From Candidatus Latescibacterota bacterium (lineage in GTDB: Bacteria; Latescibacterota; UBA2968; GCA-2709665): a DNA stretch of 64,000 bases. Both the position numbers and the translations under genes were made by a program. This document shows, one piece after another, positions 47,965-58,107 of this stretch. Under the pieces are notes generated by a model. It did no database searches and was not told where the DNA came from. It saw only the letters and a list, made by a program, of their open reading frames with translations. Every line of letters starts with the position of its first letter. Within the stretch, counting starts at the first letter, position 1. The stretch is taken from positions 2,848,001 through 2,912,000 of the forward strand of contig OZ242180.1 of assembly GCA_965205485.1 (NCBI GenBank), in the 5' to 3' direction.

Positions 47965-48858
47965 TCAACCGCTGAACCGCGCTTTAAACGCCGATTTTGC
48001 TCGCTGCACGACGTCATCCGGCAGCTGACGCCCGTCGGAGATCCCGACGTTGGCGCGGATGTGATCGGGATTGGTTGAGCCGATGATGGCGGTGCAGACG
48101 TCCGGATGCGAAAGCGTGAATCGCAGTACGAATTCGAGAATGGGCATCTCACCCGCCAGGTCGGCCAGCGGGATGGATTGCGCACGGTCCCAGGGACCGC
48201 CCATGTAGTCGCCTTTGGGACGCTCCGTCTGCTGCCACACGGCATTGGAAATGGGGCGTTTGATGATGGTACCCATCCCTTGTGACTTCAAGGCGGGCAT
48301 GAGAATGGCGGCAGATTCCTGGTAGAGGATGTTGTAGGTGAATTCCTGCGTGTCGAGGGGCCAACGACGGGCCGCCGCCGCGGCCGCGGGTCCATCTGCC
48401 GAAACGCCCACAAACCGCGTCCAGCCCCTGTCCCTCGCGTCGAGCAGCGCCTCGAATGCCACCTCGTCGTCATCGTCCGGATCCGGCAGGCCGTGAAACT
48501 GTACGATATCGATTACGTCCATATCCAGCTTTTTTCGACTCTGGTCGATCGTCCGCAGAATACCGTCCCGGGTGTAGTCCCTCACGATGTGGTATTGACC
48601 GTCGGTTTCCCCCACGAAGTCGCCGCATTTCGTGGCCACGATGAATTCGTCGCGTCTGCGTGAGATGTACTTGCCGATTCGGGCTTCGCTCTGTCCGTAC
48701 ATGGCGGCCGTGTCGATGAAATTGATGCCGGCGTCCAGAACGGCATTGAGGACCTCCTCGACGCGGTCTTCGGGCATATTGATATTGCCGATCTGGGCCG
48801 CGCCATAGCCGATTTCCGATACGCGCAGTCCGGTTTTTCCAAGGGTTCGATATTCCAT
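47965..48858 (-). CDS. Aldo/keto reductase
   Basis: MEYRTLGKTGLRVSEIGYG, GINFIDTAAMYG, ATKCG, IIGS. Confidence 0.93.
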   Translation of the reverse strand: MEYRTLGKTGLRVSEIGYGAAQIGNINMPEDRVEEVLNAVLDAGINFIDTAAMYGQSEARIGKYISRRRDEFIVATKCGDFVGETDGQYHIVRDYTRDGILRTIDQSRKKLDMDVIDIVQFHGLPDPDDDDEVAFEALLDARDRGWTRFVGVSADGPAAAAAARRWPLDTQEFTYNILYQESAAILMPALKSQGMGTIIKRPISNAVWQQTERPKGDYMGGPWDRAQSIPLADLAGEMPILEFVLRFTLSHPDVCTAIIGSTNPDHIRANVGISDGRQLPDDVVQRAKSAFKARFSG

Positions 48859-48870
48859 GGTGGGTCTCCT

Positions 48871-50136
48871 TCAGGACGGGTTCATTGATGTCGGCCGGGC
48901 AAACTCGCCGCGCGGGGTGCGGAAATAGGCCCAGAAAATCAGGGTGCCGAGCGCGGTAAACGCGGCGCTTGTCAAAAAGAGGGCGGGGTATCCGGCGGTG
49001 GAGATGATGTAACCGCCGCCCATCGCGATCACGGAATAGCCGATGCCCGCCATCATGGAGGAGGCGCCTGACATCGTCGCGCGCCATCGCGGTGGGACGA
49101 TTTCCTGATTGTAGACAACGAAGGCGGGACGGCGGATGGCGGCCAGAGCGACGATGTTCATAAAGCAGAAGCCCGCGGGAATCCAGTGCGGCAGCAGCGC
49201 CATGGGTATCAGCATGAGCGGCGTACAGATGGCGCTCAAAACGACTGTGGGGTGATTGCCCAACCGTCCGGTGAAAAACGGCAACATGAGGGCGGCGGGC
49301 ACGGCCAGAAGTTGTCCCGTGGCCATCAGCGTGCCGATGAGGGACGTGGGTATCTGAAGGCCGGCATCCATGTAAACGTTGAAAAAGGTACGAACGGCGC
49401 CCTCGCCGGCAACATGCAGGAGGGAGACCACCGCGATCAGCGCGATCAGTCCCAATGGGAACGGCGCATCGGATTCTTCCACGCTTTCCGTGGGTTGCCG
49501 GACCTGAGGCCTTTGCATGGAGATGAGAAGGAACAGAGCCGGAATGAGCAGGGCGGAGGCGGCCAGCAGCGTGTATCGGAACGGCGCTGGGTGATACGGG
49601 GCGACGTTCATCAACCAGGCGATCCTGCCTGGGAGTATGCCGCCGACGAAGCTTCCGAAGAAACCGGCCAGCGGAAAGAGGGCGCCCTGCATCGAGAAGA
49701 CGTGGTTGCGTTCCTTCGCTCCGGTAACCCCCATCAGATAAGGGGCGCCGTTGACGATGTAGAGGGCCACACCCAGCAGCCCAAGCGCGTTGGTCGCAAT
49801 AACAAAGACGTCTCTGGCGCCGGGGGCGACGAGCTCGGCTTGTGAGAGAAGCCCGTTTCCGACGACGGCGATACCGATACCCGCAATCATGACCCGACGC
49901 GGATCCCATCGGGCCCCCATGAAACCGGCGGGCAGACTGCAGATTGCAAAGGAGAACGCGCCGGTGGCGTTTACCAACCCGACAAACGTGGGTCCGTATC
50001 CCAGGCGGAGCAGGTACAGGTTGAGCAGCAGTGAGGTAATTCCGCCGAAAAGACAGAAGCCGAAGAGGATGGTTGCGGCGAGATACAGCCGGACGTCGCG
50101 GTTGAACAGGCGCAGCGTTTGCAGGTAGGATTGCAT
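48871..50136 (-). CDS. MFS transporter
   Basis: About 12 TM segments; LLNLYLLRLG..P.FVG; two-fold MFS repeat. Confidence 0.88.
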   Translation of the reverse strand: MQSYLQTLRLFNRDVRLYLAATILFGFCLFGGITSLLLNLYLLRLGYGPTFVGLVNATGAFSFAICSLPAGFMGARWDPRRVMIAGIGIAVVGNGLLSQAELVAPGARDVFVIATNALGLLGVALYIVNGAPYLMGVTGAKERNHVFSMQGALFPLAGFFGSFVGGILPGRIAWLMNVAPYHPAPFRYTLLAASALLIPALFLLISMQRPQVRQPTESVEESDAPFPLGLIALIAVVSLLHVAGEGAVRTFFNVYMDAGLQIPTSLIGTLMATGQLLAVPAALMLPFFTGRLGNHPTVVLSAICTPLMLIPMALLPHWIPAGFCFMNIVALAAIRRPAFVVYNQEIVPPRWRATMSGASSMMAGIGYSVIAMGGGYIISTAGYPALFLTSAAFTALGTLIFWAYFRTPRGEFARPTSMNPS

Positions 50137-50180
50137 AGATTCGAAGACCGCGACCGGGCGGTGAATTGGCGGAACGCTAC

Positions 50181-51251
50181 CTACGCAAGCAGGCGTTTTC
50201 GCCTGGCTTTGAAGGAAGCCGAGAAGCGTTTCTTCATAGGGCTTCGCGTTTCTCCGACGGGCGGATTGACGGCCAGCGCGGAGCAAAGGTCGACCATGTT
50301 GGCGGCGTCGGATATGGAGATGATCTCTTCCGCAGGCCAGCGTTTGCCAAGATTGTGGTAGTTGCCCAGGGGGAAGGCCAGGGCCCCCACAACCATGTTA
50401 TACAGGACGTACAGGGTGGCTTCGCAGACGCCGCCGCTCATCAACTGGCGCTGATAACTGAATTTGCGCTTTTTCCTGGCGAGGTCGCGCGCGGTGCTGT
50501 GCATGGCGTACTCGATCCGCGGATCGAAGACACTCATTGAATCGCCGACACGGATGACGGGGCCGCCGCCGATTTCGGCGCCGGGAAGGGCTTTGCTGGT
50601 CTCGAGCACGATAATGGGCACGCGCTTTGGAACGGTTCGGGCGCGTACGATTCCGCCCGCGCCGAGCAGACCCACCTCTTCGGCGCGTGTGAAAACGCCC
50701 CACAGGTCGGCGTCTGCTTTCTCGCGATGCAGCCGGTCCATGACGGCCAGGATCGCCGCGCAGCCTGCCAGATTGTCCGCGCCCTTTGTCAGGATGAGAT
50801 CGCCGTCGAACGCGACCGGCTTGAGGCCCCAGTAACCGAACGCGTTTTCTGGACTCGCGAGCGGACTGGCGGCACGGGCCGTGAAGGTCTTGTCGTCGCC
50901 CAGCGCCGACGTGGCCCGGCCGGTTATCTCGTTCCGTTCCGAGACGATCGTGAGTCGGCCGCCGGGGAAATGGCGTTCGTCGCATGCGCCCAGCCAGCGC
51001 GCAAAGAGGTCCCGTCCGGCGGTGTCGAGGATTTCGAAGCCCGGGTGATCCATGTGTGCGGTCAGGGCTACGGATTCCGCCCGGTCCCCCTTTGTGTACC
51101 GAAGGACGATGTTGCCGTACCGGTCTGCTTCCGCCGGAATCCCGCGCCGCCCGGCAAATTTCCGGATGAATGCCGCGACGGCGTCTTCATAAAAGGGCGC
51201 CGTGGGTAGAGACAGGACGTCGTGGAAGATTTTCCGGAGGCGTTTGTTCAA
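50181..51251 (-). CDS. M20/M28/M42 family metallopeptidase
   Basis: AHMDHPG, ADNLAG, RAEEVG, LETS, LGNYHN. Confidence 0.82.
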   Translation of the reverse strand: MNKRLRKIFHDVLSLPTAPFYEDAVAAFIRKFAGRRGIPAEADRYGNIVLRYTKGDRAESVALTAHMDHPGFEILDTAGRDLFARWLGACDERHFPGGRLTIVSERNEITGRATSALGDDKTFTARAASPLASPENAFGYWGLKPVAFDGDLILTKGADNLAGCAAILAVMDRLHREKADADLWGVFTRAEEVGLLGAGGIVRARTVPKRVPIIVLETSKALPGAEIGGGPVIRVGDSMSVFDPRIEYAMHSTARDLARKKRKFSYQRQLMSGGVCEATLYVLYNMVVGALAFPLGNYHNLGKRWPAEEIISISDAANMVDLCSALAVNPPVGETRSPMKKRFSASFKARRKRLLA

Positions 51252-51254
51252 AGT

Positions 51255-52715
51255 TCATCCCCAGCGGCTGATGGTCACTTTCTGACGGGTGAAGAAGGAG
51301 ACCCCTTCGTGGCCCTGAACATGCAGGTCGCCGAAGAAGGAGTTGTTCCAGCCGGAGAACGGAAAAAATGCCATAGGCGCAGGAACGCCGGTGTTGATAC
51401 CCACCATGCCGGCGTTGATGCGGTGGCGGAACCTGCGCGCGGCGCCTCCGCTTTCGGTAAAGAGGACTGCGGCGTTGCCGTAACCGCTGTTGTTGCAGGT
51501 CTCGATGGCGCCATCCAGGTCGTCCGTGTGCATCACAGACAGAACTGGGCCGAAGATTTCCTCGCAGGCGATCTGCATTCCGGGCGTAACCCGGTCGAAG
51601 ATGGTCGGCCCCAGGTAAAAGCCGTTGGGGCAGGTGTCCACAGCCACGTCGCGTCCGTCCACGATCAGAACGGCGCCCTCGGAAAGGCCGGTCCGGATAG
51701 AGCCCCTCACCCTTTCGAGGTGCTCGGGGGAAACGAGCGGTCCCATCTCTGCATCCGCATCCCGGTCGGTGGGACCGACGCGCAGACCGCGCGCGGCATC
51801 GCGGAGACGCGGGAGAAACCGCTCGGCGGCGTCGTGAGCGCACACGAGAACGCTGCCCGCCATGCACCGCTCACCGGCGCAGCCGTACGCGGAACCCATA
51901 ACCGCATCGATCGTAGCGTCCGGTTCGGCGTCGGGTAGGACGATCATAAAGTTCTTGGCGCCCCCCGCGGACTGCACCCGCTTGCCGTTGCGCGTCGCAG
52001 TCTCATAGATGTACCGGGCAACAGGCGTGGAACCGACGAAGGACACGGTGCGCACGTCCGGATGATGCAGCAGCGCGTTCACGGCGTCACGGCCGCCATG
52101 CACGAGGTTCAGGACCCCTCGGGGGAGTCCGGCTTCCGCCAGGAGCTCCACCATGCGGATGGCGCTGAGCGGCACCTTTTCGGAGGGCTTGAGTACGAAC
52201 GTGTTTCCGCAGACGAGGGCGACAGGCAGGGTCCAGAGCGGTACCATGATGGGAAAGTTGAACGGTGTGATGGCCGCGCACACGCCCAGGGGTTGGCGGA
52301 TCGTGTCGCAGTCGATATTCGGCGCGATGTTTTCCAGGGCTTCGCCCATCAGCAGCGAGGGCGCCCCGCACGCGAATTCCACGACTTCGATGCCGCGCCG
52401 GACGGAGCCCCTTGCCTCGTCGAGGGTCTTGCCGTGTTCACGGGTGACGATCCGGGAGAGTTCTTCAAAGTGTTTTTCCAGGAGTTCCTTGAACCGGAAC
52501 ATGAGCCGGGCGCGGTCGACGGCTGGGGTTTCGGACCAGTCCGGGAACGCAGCGCCCGCGGCCGTTACGGCGCGGTCAACTTCATCTGCGCCGCACATGG
52601 GCGTCGCAGAGATCTGTATCCCTTCCGACGGGTTGTACACCGGTTCCGTCCCATTGCGGCCGGATTCGACCCATTCCCCGTTGATGAACAGCGGACAGGG
52701 CTCGATTGCGGGCAT
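51255..52715 (-). CDS. mmsA: CoA-acylating (methyl)malonate-semialdehyde dehydrogenase
   Basis: ITPFNFP, LKPSE, FVGSTPVA, GGAKN, GCAGERCMA, EEIFGPV. Confidence 0.92.
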   Translation of the reverse strand: MPAIEPCPLFINGEWVESGRNGTEPVYNPSEGIQISATPMCGADEVDRAVTAAGAAFPDWSETPAVDRARLMFRFKELLEKHFEELSRIVTREHGKTLDEARGSVRRGIEVVEFACGAPSLLMGEALENIAPNIDCDTIRQPLGVCAAITPFNFPIMVPLWTLPVALVCGNTFVLKPSEKVPLSAIRMVELLAEAGLPRGVLNLVHGGRDAVNALLHHPDVRTVSFVGSTPVARYIYETATRNGKRVQSAGGAKNFMIVLPDAEPDATIDAVMGSAYGCAGERCMAGSVLVCAHDAAERFLPRLRDAARGLRVGPTDRDADAEMGPLVSPEHLERVRGSIRTGLSEGAVLIVDGRDVAVDTCPNGFYLGPTIFDRVTPGMQIACEEIFGPVLSVMHTDDLDGAIETCNNSGYGNAAVLFTESGGAARRFRHRINAGMVGINTGVPAPMAFFPFSGWNNSFFGDLHVQGHEGVSFFTRQKVTISRWG

Positions 52716-52820
52716 TGCGGAATCTCCTGTTGATTGCATAGTCGCCGGACGTGGGGACACACGGATTCGGAGCTGTCGTCCGTCGGTTCAGTTTGCCAGT
52801 GACGTGTAGATAAAGCCGTC

Positions 52821-53564
52821 TCAGGTTTCGACGGTATCCGGTCGTCGTCCAACGGATGGGGGCGCCATGAGACGCTGCTGCTGGTCCGTCAAGCCCCTGT
52901 ATTCCCCTGGGTCGTAATATCCCTGGGACCACGCCGAGTGCCCTGGGCTATACTTGTAAAGCAGGGCCCGGCGGTCGTGGTCGGCCGTCCAGGGCTTCGT
53001 CCCGTGGATTAGGGCCTCCGTGAAGATGAGCGCGTCGCCGGCGTCCGCTTCGGGCTGTACCACGTAATGGGCGTCGCGTTCGAAGCGCCGCACGTCCCTT
53101 GGCAGCCGATCGATGAAGTTGGACTTGTGGCTTCCGGGGATGCAGGCGAACCCGCCGTCTCCCGGCCCCGCGGGGGAGAGAAAGTAGGTAACCACCGTAA
53201 GTCCGTTGCGCATCACTCCGTCCCGATATTTGTACCAGTGGTCCGCCTCGCTGTCGGTTTCGCCGCCGTGAAGCCCGCCTCGCGCCGCCCCTTTCCTCAT
53301 GAATATGCAGTAGTCGTGGTCGATACGGAATTTGGGGCCGAGCAAATCGATCAGGTACGGCACGATCTTATGGTGGTCCATCAGTGCTTGAAATCCAGGG
53401 CCCCATTGAGAGATGCGGCTGATCGTACTCGTGCCCGGGTCGCCGTTTTCGGCAGCGAACCGGTCCGCAACCGCGTTCAACGACGTCATCTCGTCTGCGG
53501 TGAGTACGTCCTTTACAACCAGGTAGCCTTCCAGGTCGAAGGTGAATTTTTCTTCGTCAGTCAC
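52821..53564 (-). CDS. Phytanoyl-CoA dioxygenase (PhyH) family protein
   Basis: FDLEGYLVV, LHGG, IPGSHKSNF, FTEALIHG; GGGAG RBS before GTG 53564. Confidence 0.85.
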   Translation of the reverse strand: MTDEEKFTFDLEGYLVVKDVLTADEMTSLNAVADRFAAENGDPGTSTISRISQWGPGFQALMDHHKIVPYLIDLLGPKFRIDHDYCIFMRKGAARGGLHGGETDSEADHWYKYRDGVMRNGLTVVTYFLSPAGPGDGGFACIPGSHKSNFIDRLPRDVRRFERDAHYVVQPEADAGDALIFTEALIHGTKPWTADHDRRALLYKYSPGHSAWSQGYYDPGEYRGLTDQQQRLMAPPSVGRRPDTVET

Positions 53565-53631
53565 GGTCGCACTCCCTGTTTTCAATTCTGGCGTTGTCGT
53601 GTACGCGTGGGCCCATTCTTCCTCGCGCCGG

Positions 53632-55075
53632 TCAGTGGACCCGGAAGGCCGCCGCCTCGCCAGGCACCGGGGAGTTGTCGAAGGCGCCCCTGTTCCGAAC
53701 GGCGTCTTCGCCGCCGAAAGATGCGATTTTCGCCAGTTGGTCCGCCTTGGCGCGCGCATCCGTGGCTTCGGGGTCCAGAAGTTCGCGCAGCCGCCGCTCG
53801 AAATGAGCGAGTGTGGATCGATGGTCCGGAGAACCAGAGAGGTCGACTGTTTCTGTCGGATCGTCTTCAAGGTTGAATAGCTGTGGCGGCTCACCCACGT
53901 AGTGTATGTACTTCCAGGTTCGATCGCGGAGCATGTATGCGGCATTGCGGGACCCGACGGCGTGGTACTCGCTGAAAACGGTCCGAATTTCGTCGGCGCT
54001 CCGGGCGATCTGCCAGAGGGAATGGCCGGGCAGGCGCTGGCGTTCGTACGCGGCGCCGGCGCATTCAAGCACCGTGGGATAGCAGTCCACCAGGGAAACG
54101 GGCGTATGGGCGACCCTGCCCTGAGGTACGTCGGGCCCGGCCAGGATGAGCGGGACTGACGCGGCTTCCTCGTACATCGTGAATTTTCCGAACAAACCGC
54201 GGGCGCCCAGGGATTCACCATGATCCGACGTATAGAGGATCCGGGTCGTATCGGTCAAATTGTGGTTCTTGAGCGCGTTCAGGACGCGGCCGATCTGTCG
54301 GTCGAGGTGCGTGCAGGCTCCGTAATAGGCCGCCGTGACGTTTCGCAGTTCGCTTTCGCAAAAGCCACGATCGTAGTGGAAAAACCGGCGGAAGCGCCGA
54401 ATGGCGGGGTGATCGGGCCAATCGTCCGAATGCCACTGGGCGGGCAGGGGGAGGGATTCCGGCGGGTAGGATTCAAAGAGCCCCGGCGGCGCGATGTAGG
54501 GCGGATGCGGGCAGACGAACGACAAGAATAACACCCATGGCTTCTCGTCGTTGCGATGCTCTGCCAGCCAGGCGCATGCGCGGTCGGCGTTCGAGATGTC
54601 GTACTGAAGATAGGTGGAATCTCCGGCGCCGGCGTTGAGGATAGCGGAACGCTTGTCGCGAAACGGCGGGTTTCCCCGGATACAACTCAATATATCACCC
54701 ACGCCGTCCACGACGTGCAGCGGGTCGATCTCCTGTGAAAAGCCGTTGGCGTCATTCGCTGTGCGGAAGTGCAGTTTACCGATGGAGGCGACCTGAAATC
54801 CCTGCTCCCCGAGACGATGGCCCCAACTGGATACGCTGCCATCGTAGGCGAACGCGTTGTCCCAGTTGCCCGTCTGATGGACGTATCGCCCGGTGGCCAG
54901 CGCGGCGCGCGCGGGCACGCAGATGGGACAGTTCGTATACGCGTTGGTGAAGCGGGTGCCCCGCCGGGCGAGACTGTCGATGTTCGGCGTCCGGACGACC
55001 GGGTGTCCGTAGCACCCCGTGATGTCCCGCGTGTGCTGGTCGGAGAGAATGAACAACAGGTTGGCTGGGATTCAT
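53632..55075 (-). CDS. Sulfatase (choline-sulfatase-like); likely start ATG 55075 is one base out of frame
   Basis: FILSDQH, CVPARAALATG, GKLH, SDHGE; extra base near 55067-55069. Confidence 0.85.
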
Positions 55076-55281
55076 CCGTTGGCTTCCTGATCGGTATCCA
55101 TGTCTACCTGGATCTGATCGGCGGGAATCCATACGACCTTTCCGTCTTGCCAGTCGGCGATTGGATTGCCGCTGTGTTTGTGTCTTAATACGGCATCGCG
55201 CACAGCTTCTCTCAATGCATTGTCAATCGGTGTGCCTTCTTCGAAGATTTGGCTAATGTCTTTTCGAGGCAACTCTTCCAT
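55072..55281 (-). CDS. Small partner protein of the zeta-toxin-like ATPase
   Basis: MEELPRK...REAVRDAVLRHK..GNPIA.WQDGKVVWIP. Confidence 0.7.
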   Translation of the reverse strand: MEELPRKDISQIFEEGTPIDNALREAVRDAVLRHKHSGNPIADWQDGKVVWIPADQIQVDMDTDQEANG

Positions 55282-55285
55282 GATC

Positions 55286-55864
55286 TCATACGTCCCTTCT
55301 GATGCGTTTCCATAGTTCAATATCGCGGACTTCGAGGTCGATAACACCCTTACCCATTGCGACAAGGCGGGGCCCCGAAGTTGCCGCATTGTTGTAAAAG
55401 CGCCAATAATTCGCAATAGGACGATATAACCCGAAGAAATTTCGAAGACCTGAATCGTACCGTCGGCGAATGGTGGTCTCCGGGATATGATGGCCACCTG
55501 CACGGACACGCTCCGCCACCCTGGCAATCGCCATTTCCGGTTTCGGCAACCATAAATAAGCCAGATAAAAGACATATCCATCTTGTTTGAGGCGACTGAT
55601 CCAGGGTGCAAGACCGCGGCTCGCGAGCGTCGACTCAAAGGCGAAATCCGCTCGTCTCGACGCGAGGTCGCGGAGCCGTTGCAACATAACACGGCCCGCC
55701 GGAATAGCCGCTGATTCCGGTCTAAATCCGGAGAGTCCGGCTGCGATGGCATCGGCGTTGACGAATTCGACCAGATGGAGCGTATCCCTCAATAGCCGGG
55801 GTGCTGCCGTGCTCTTGCCCGAACCGTTGGGACCTCCGATCACAACAAGCTGTGGAGTGGACAT
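55286..55864 (-). CDS. Zeta-toxin family P-loop protein (AAA-like)
   Basis: GGPNGSGKST, FVNADAIA, FESTLA, RVAERVRAGGH.IP. Confidence 0.88.
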   Translation of the reverse strand: MSTPQLVVIGGPNGSGKSTAAPRLLRDTLHLVEFVNADAIAAGLSGFRPESAAIPAGRVMLQRLRDLASRRADFAFESTLASRGLAPWISRLKQDGYVFYLAYLWLPKPEMAIARVAERVRAGGHHIPETTIRRRYDSGLRNFFGLYRPIANYWRFYNNAATSGPRLVAMGKGVIDLEVRDIELWKRIRRDV

Positions 55865-56140
55865 AGCCGTCACAGATTCAGTCTATTGGTAGATGTCTAG
55901 ACCTCCCATGCAGGCGCGTCAGGCAATATAACGGAGCGCATTGCCATTCTGCAAGGGTTTTGCCCACTGAAGAACCTCGCTGTGTGGGCCGTTACCGTGA
56001 AAGTTGACGGAGAGCGCCGCCGGTTCGAAGTGATGATTGACCCTTGAAAACGGATATCCGAGAGGCTATATTTCCGATTGACTGGAATACTTATGTCGTG
56101 CCGGCCGACCGGAGACCGGCTTCCGCGAAAGGCGGCTCAA

Positions 56141-56869
56141 ATGACCAGACTCAGCGTAAACGTTAACAAGGTGGCGCTGCTGCGTAACACGCGAAACCTA
56201 GGCATCCCGAGCGTGACCCGGGCAGCGCAGGTCTGTATCGATGCCGGAGCATACGGTATTACCGTCCACCCCCGGCCCGACCAGCGCCATGTCAGGCCAT
56301 CAGACGTGTACGAACTGAACGCGCTCGTTTCTGGCGTCGAGTTCAATATCGAGGGGAATCCCTTCGAGGCCGGATACCTGGACATCGTGCGGAGCGTGAA
56401 GCCCACGCAGTGCACGCTGGTACCTGATACGCCGGACGCATTTACGTCCGATCATGGCTGGGACCTTTCGAAGGACGGCGACCGCCTGGTGCCGATCATT
56501 CAGGAACTGAAGGCTTTAGGCAGCCGCGTGAGCCTGTTTATGGACTACGATTCGGATGAGATCCCGCGAGCCGCGCTTGTGGGGGCCGATCGGATCGAGC
56601 TCTACACGGAACCCTATGCGGATGCGTTTCGAGAGAATGAGGATCTGGAGTCGGTGTTTGAGGGATACGCAAGGGCTGCCGCGATCGCTCAGGACGCGGG
56701 CCTTGGCGTCAACGCGGGGCACGATCTGAACCTGGAGAACCTGGGCAGGTTCTGTTCCATTCCCGGCGTACTGGAAGTCTCGATCGGCCACGCGCTCATC
56801 GGCGAAGCGCTGGAAATGGGGCTGGCGAACACGGTAAAGGCGTACCTGGGAATTCTGGCGAAAACGTGA
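56141..56869 (+). CDS. pdxJ: Pyridoxine 5'-phosphate synthase
   Basis: LSVNVNKVA.LRN, TVHPRPDQRH, NIEG, TSDHG, NAGHDL, EVSIGH. Confidence 0.95.
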   Translation: MTRLSVNVNKVALLRNTRNLGIPSVTRAAQVCIDAGAYGITVHPRPDQRHVRPSDVYELNALVSGVEFNIEGNPFEAGYLDIVRSVKPTQCTLVPDTPDAFTSDHGWDLSKDGDRLVPIIQELKALGSRVSLFMDYDSDEIPRAALVGADRIELYTEPYADAFRENEDLESVFEGYARAAAIAQDAGLGVNAGHDLNLENLGRFCSIPGVLEVSIGHALIGEALEMGLANTVKAYLGILAKT

Positions 56870-56875
56870 CTGTGG

Positions 56876-58057
56876 TCAATGCAGGCCGCCCGCGTGCAGG
56901 TCCATGGAGAGACTGCGGTAGTTTCGAATGCGGTGGATGGTGCAAAGGTCGGAATCGTGCTGATCGCCGGAGTCCCGGCTGGTTCGGGAGAGTACCACGA
57001 TGTCGTCCCCGTCCACGACGGCGCTGGGATACATGAAGCTGCGATAGACGTTGTCGGGCCAACGGGCGACGCAACCGGCCGGGAACCAGTTGAGGCAATC
57101 GATTCCATAGTGCAGATAGAGCCACCGCCGTTCGTTTCCCGGACCTCCGTGATATCCGGTCTCGCGCATTCTTTCCGCCCAACCAAGCAGGTCCTGAGAG
57201 TTGGTAATGAGGTTGCTCAGCATCCAGTACATGGATGCTGAGCGGTCATGGATGATGTAGAATTTACACTGTGCGCCAGGCCACGCAGCGAATTGCGTAA
57301 AGCTCAGTTTGTGCAATTCGGGATCGTAGTCGAAAACCGCGGCAATGTGGGCGGCCGCGTATTCGTCGAAGACACAACGGCAGAACGCCCGGATACGGCC
57401 GCGGACGTCGACGGTGTTGGGCTCCAGCCACACGAGAGGGTCTCTCCAGCCGCCGGATAACTGCGGGCGGTTGCCGTCCGGGAAGAGGTTTCGGGTCATC
57501 GCCGCGGGAATTTCAGGCTGGCGCACGATGTTGGACAGCGTCCATGCTCCCGGATCAAGGGGCGACATGCTCCGATCCAGACGGAGCATTGTCTTGCCGC
57601 CGTGACCAAGGCCGGGCAGGTCGTAGTCCATCGCCCAGTAAAGGGCCTCGGGGCGGAGAACACGGGACGTGGAGATGTTCCAGATGGGGCCTTCGATCAC
57701 GGTCCGGGGATCGCTCCAGGTTTCGCCTCTGTCGTCGCTGGCCACAATTAGAAAGTCCTTGTGGCACTTTTCCTGCACGAACATGAGCAGTCGGCCGTCC
57801 AGCTCGAAAGGGGTGGCCTCTTCGTAAGGCAGGCCCGGGAGTTCCACCCAGTTGAGCCCTCCGTCGTCGCTTCGCAGGAGTCGCAGGCGGCGTGAATAAT
57901 CCCACCCAGGTCGGTGCCATTGCGGGGCTGCCAGCAGCAGCGTGCCGTCGTCCAGGCGGGTCAGGTCGGGGTCGTGAAAAAAGTATTGCACCGGATCCGG
58001 CACCTGAGCGGCAATGACGAAGTCCTGGGCGAGCGGTTGAACGTTGGGATTGGACAT
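56876..58057 (-). CDS. Sialidase-family (BNR/Asp-box) beta-propeller protein
   Basis: SDDGGLNW, SDDRGETW. Confidence 0.7.
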   Translation of the reverse strand: MSNPNVQPLAQDFVIAAQVPDPVQYFFHDPDLTRLDDGTLLLAAPQWHRPGWDYSRRLRLLRSDDGGLNWVELPGLPYEEATPFELDGRLLMFVQEKCHKDFLIVASDDRGETWSDPRTVIEGPIWNISTSRVLRPEALYWAMDYDLPGLGHGGKTMLRLDRSMSPLDPGAWTLSNIVRQPEIPAAMTRNLFPDGNRPQLSGGWRDPLVWLEPNTVDVRGRIRAFCRCVFDEYAAAHIAAVFDYDPELHKLSFTQFAAWPGAQCKFYIIHDRSASMYWMLSNLITNSQDLLGWAERMRETGYHGGPGNERRWLYLHYGIDCLNWFPAGCVARWPDNVYRSFMYPSAVVDGDDIVVLSRTSRDSGDQHDSDLCTIHRIRNYRSLSMDLHAGGLH

Positions 58058-58107
58058 TGGGTTACCCGTGTTGAATGGTGAATTGACCCGTTGAATGAGG
58101 AGGCGGT

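Noticed and set aside
48470..49909. 479-aa Arg-rich minus-strand ORF
   Set aside because: Alternative frame over the MFS and aldo/keto reductase genes; composition typical of non-coding frames.
52821..54221. 466-aa version of the PhyH ORF
   Set aside because: The N-terminal extension overlaps the sulfatase in another frame; an RBS supports GTG 53564.
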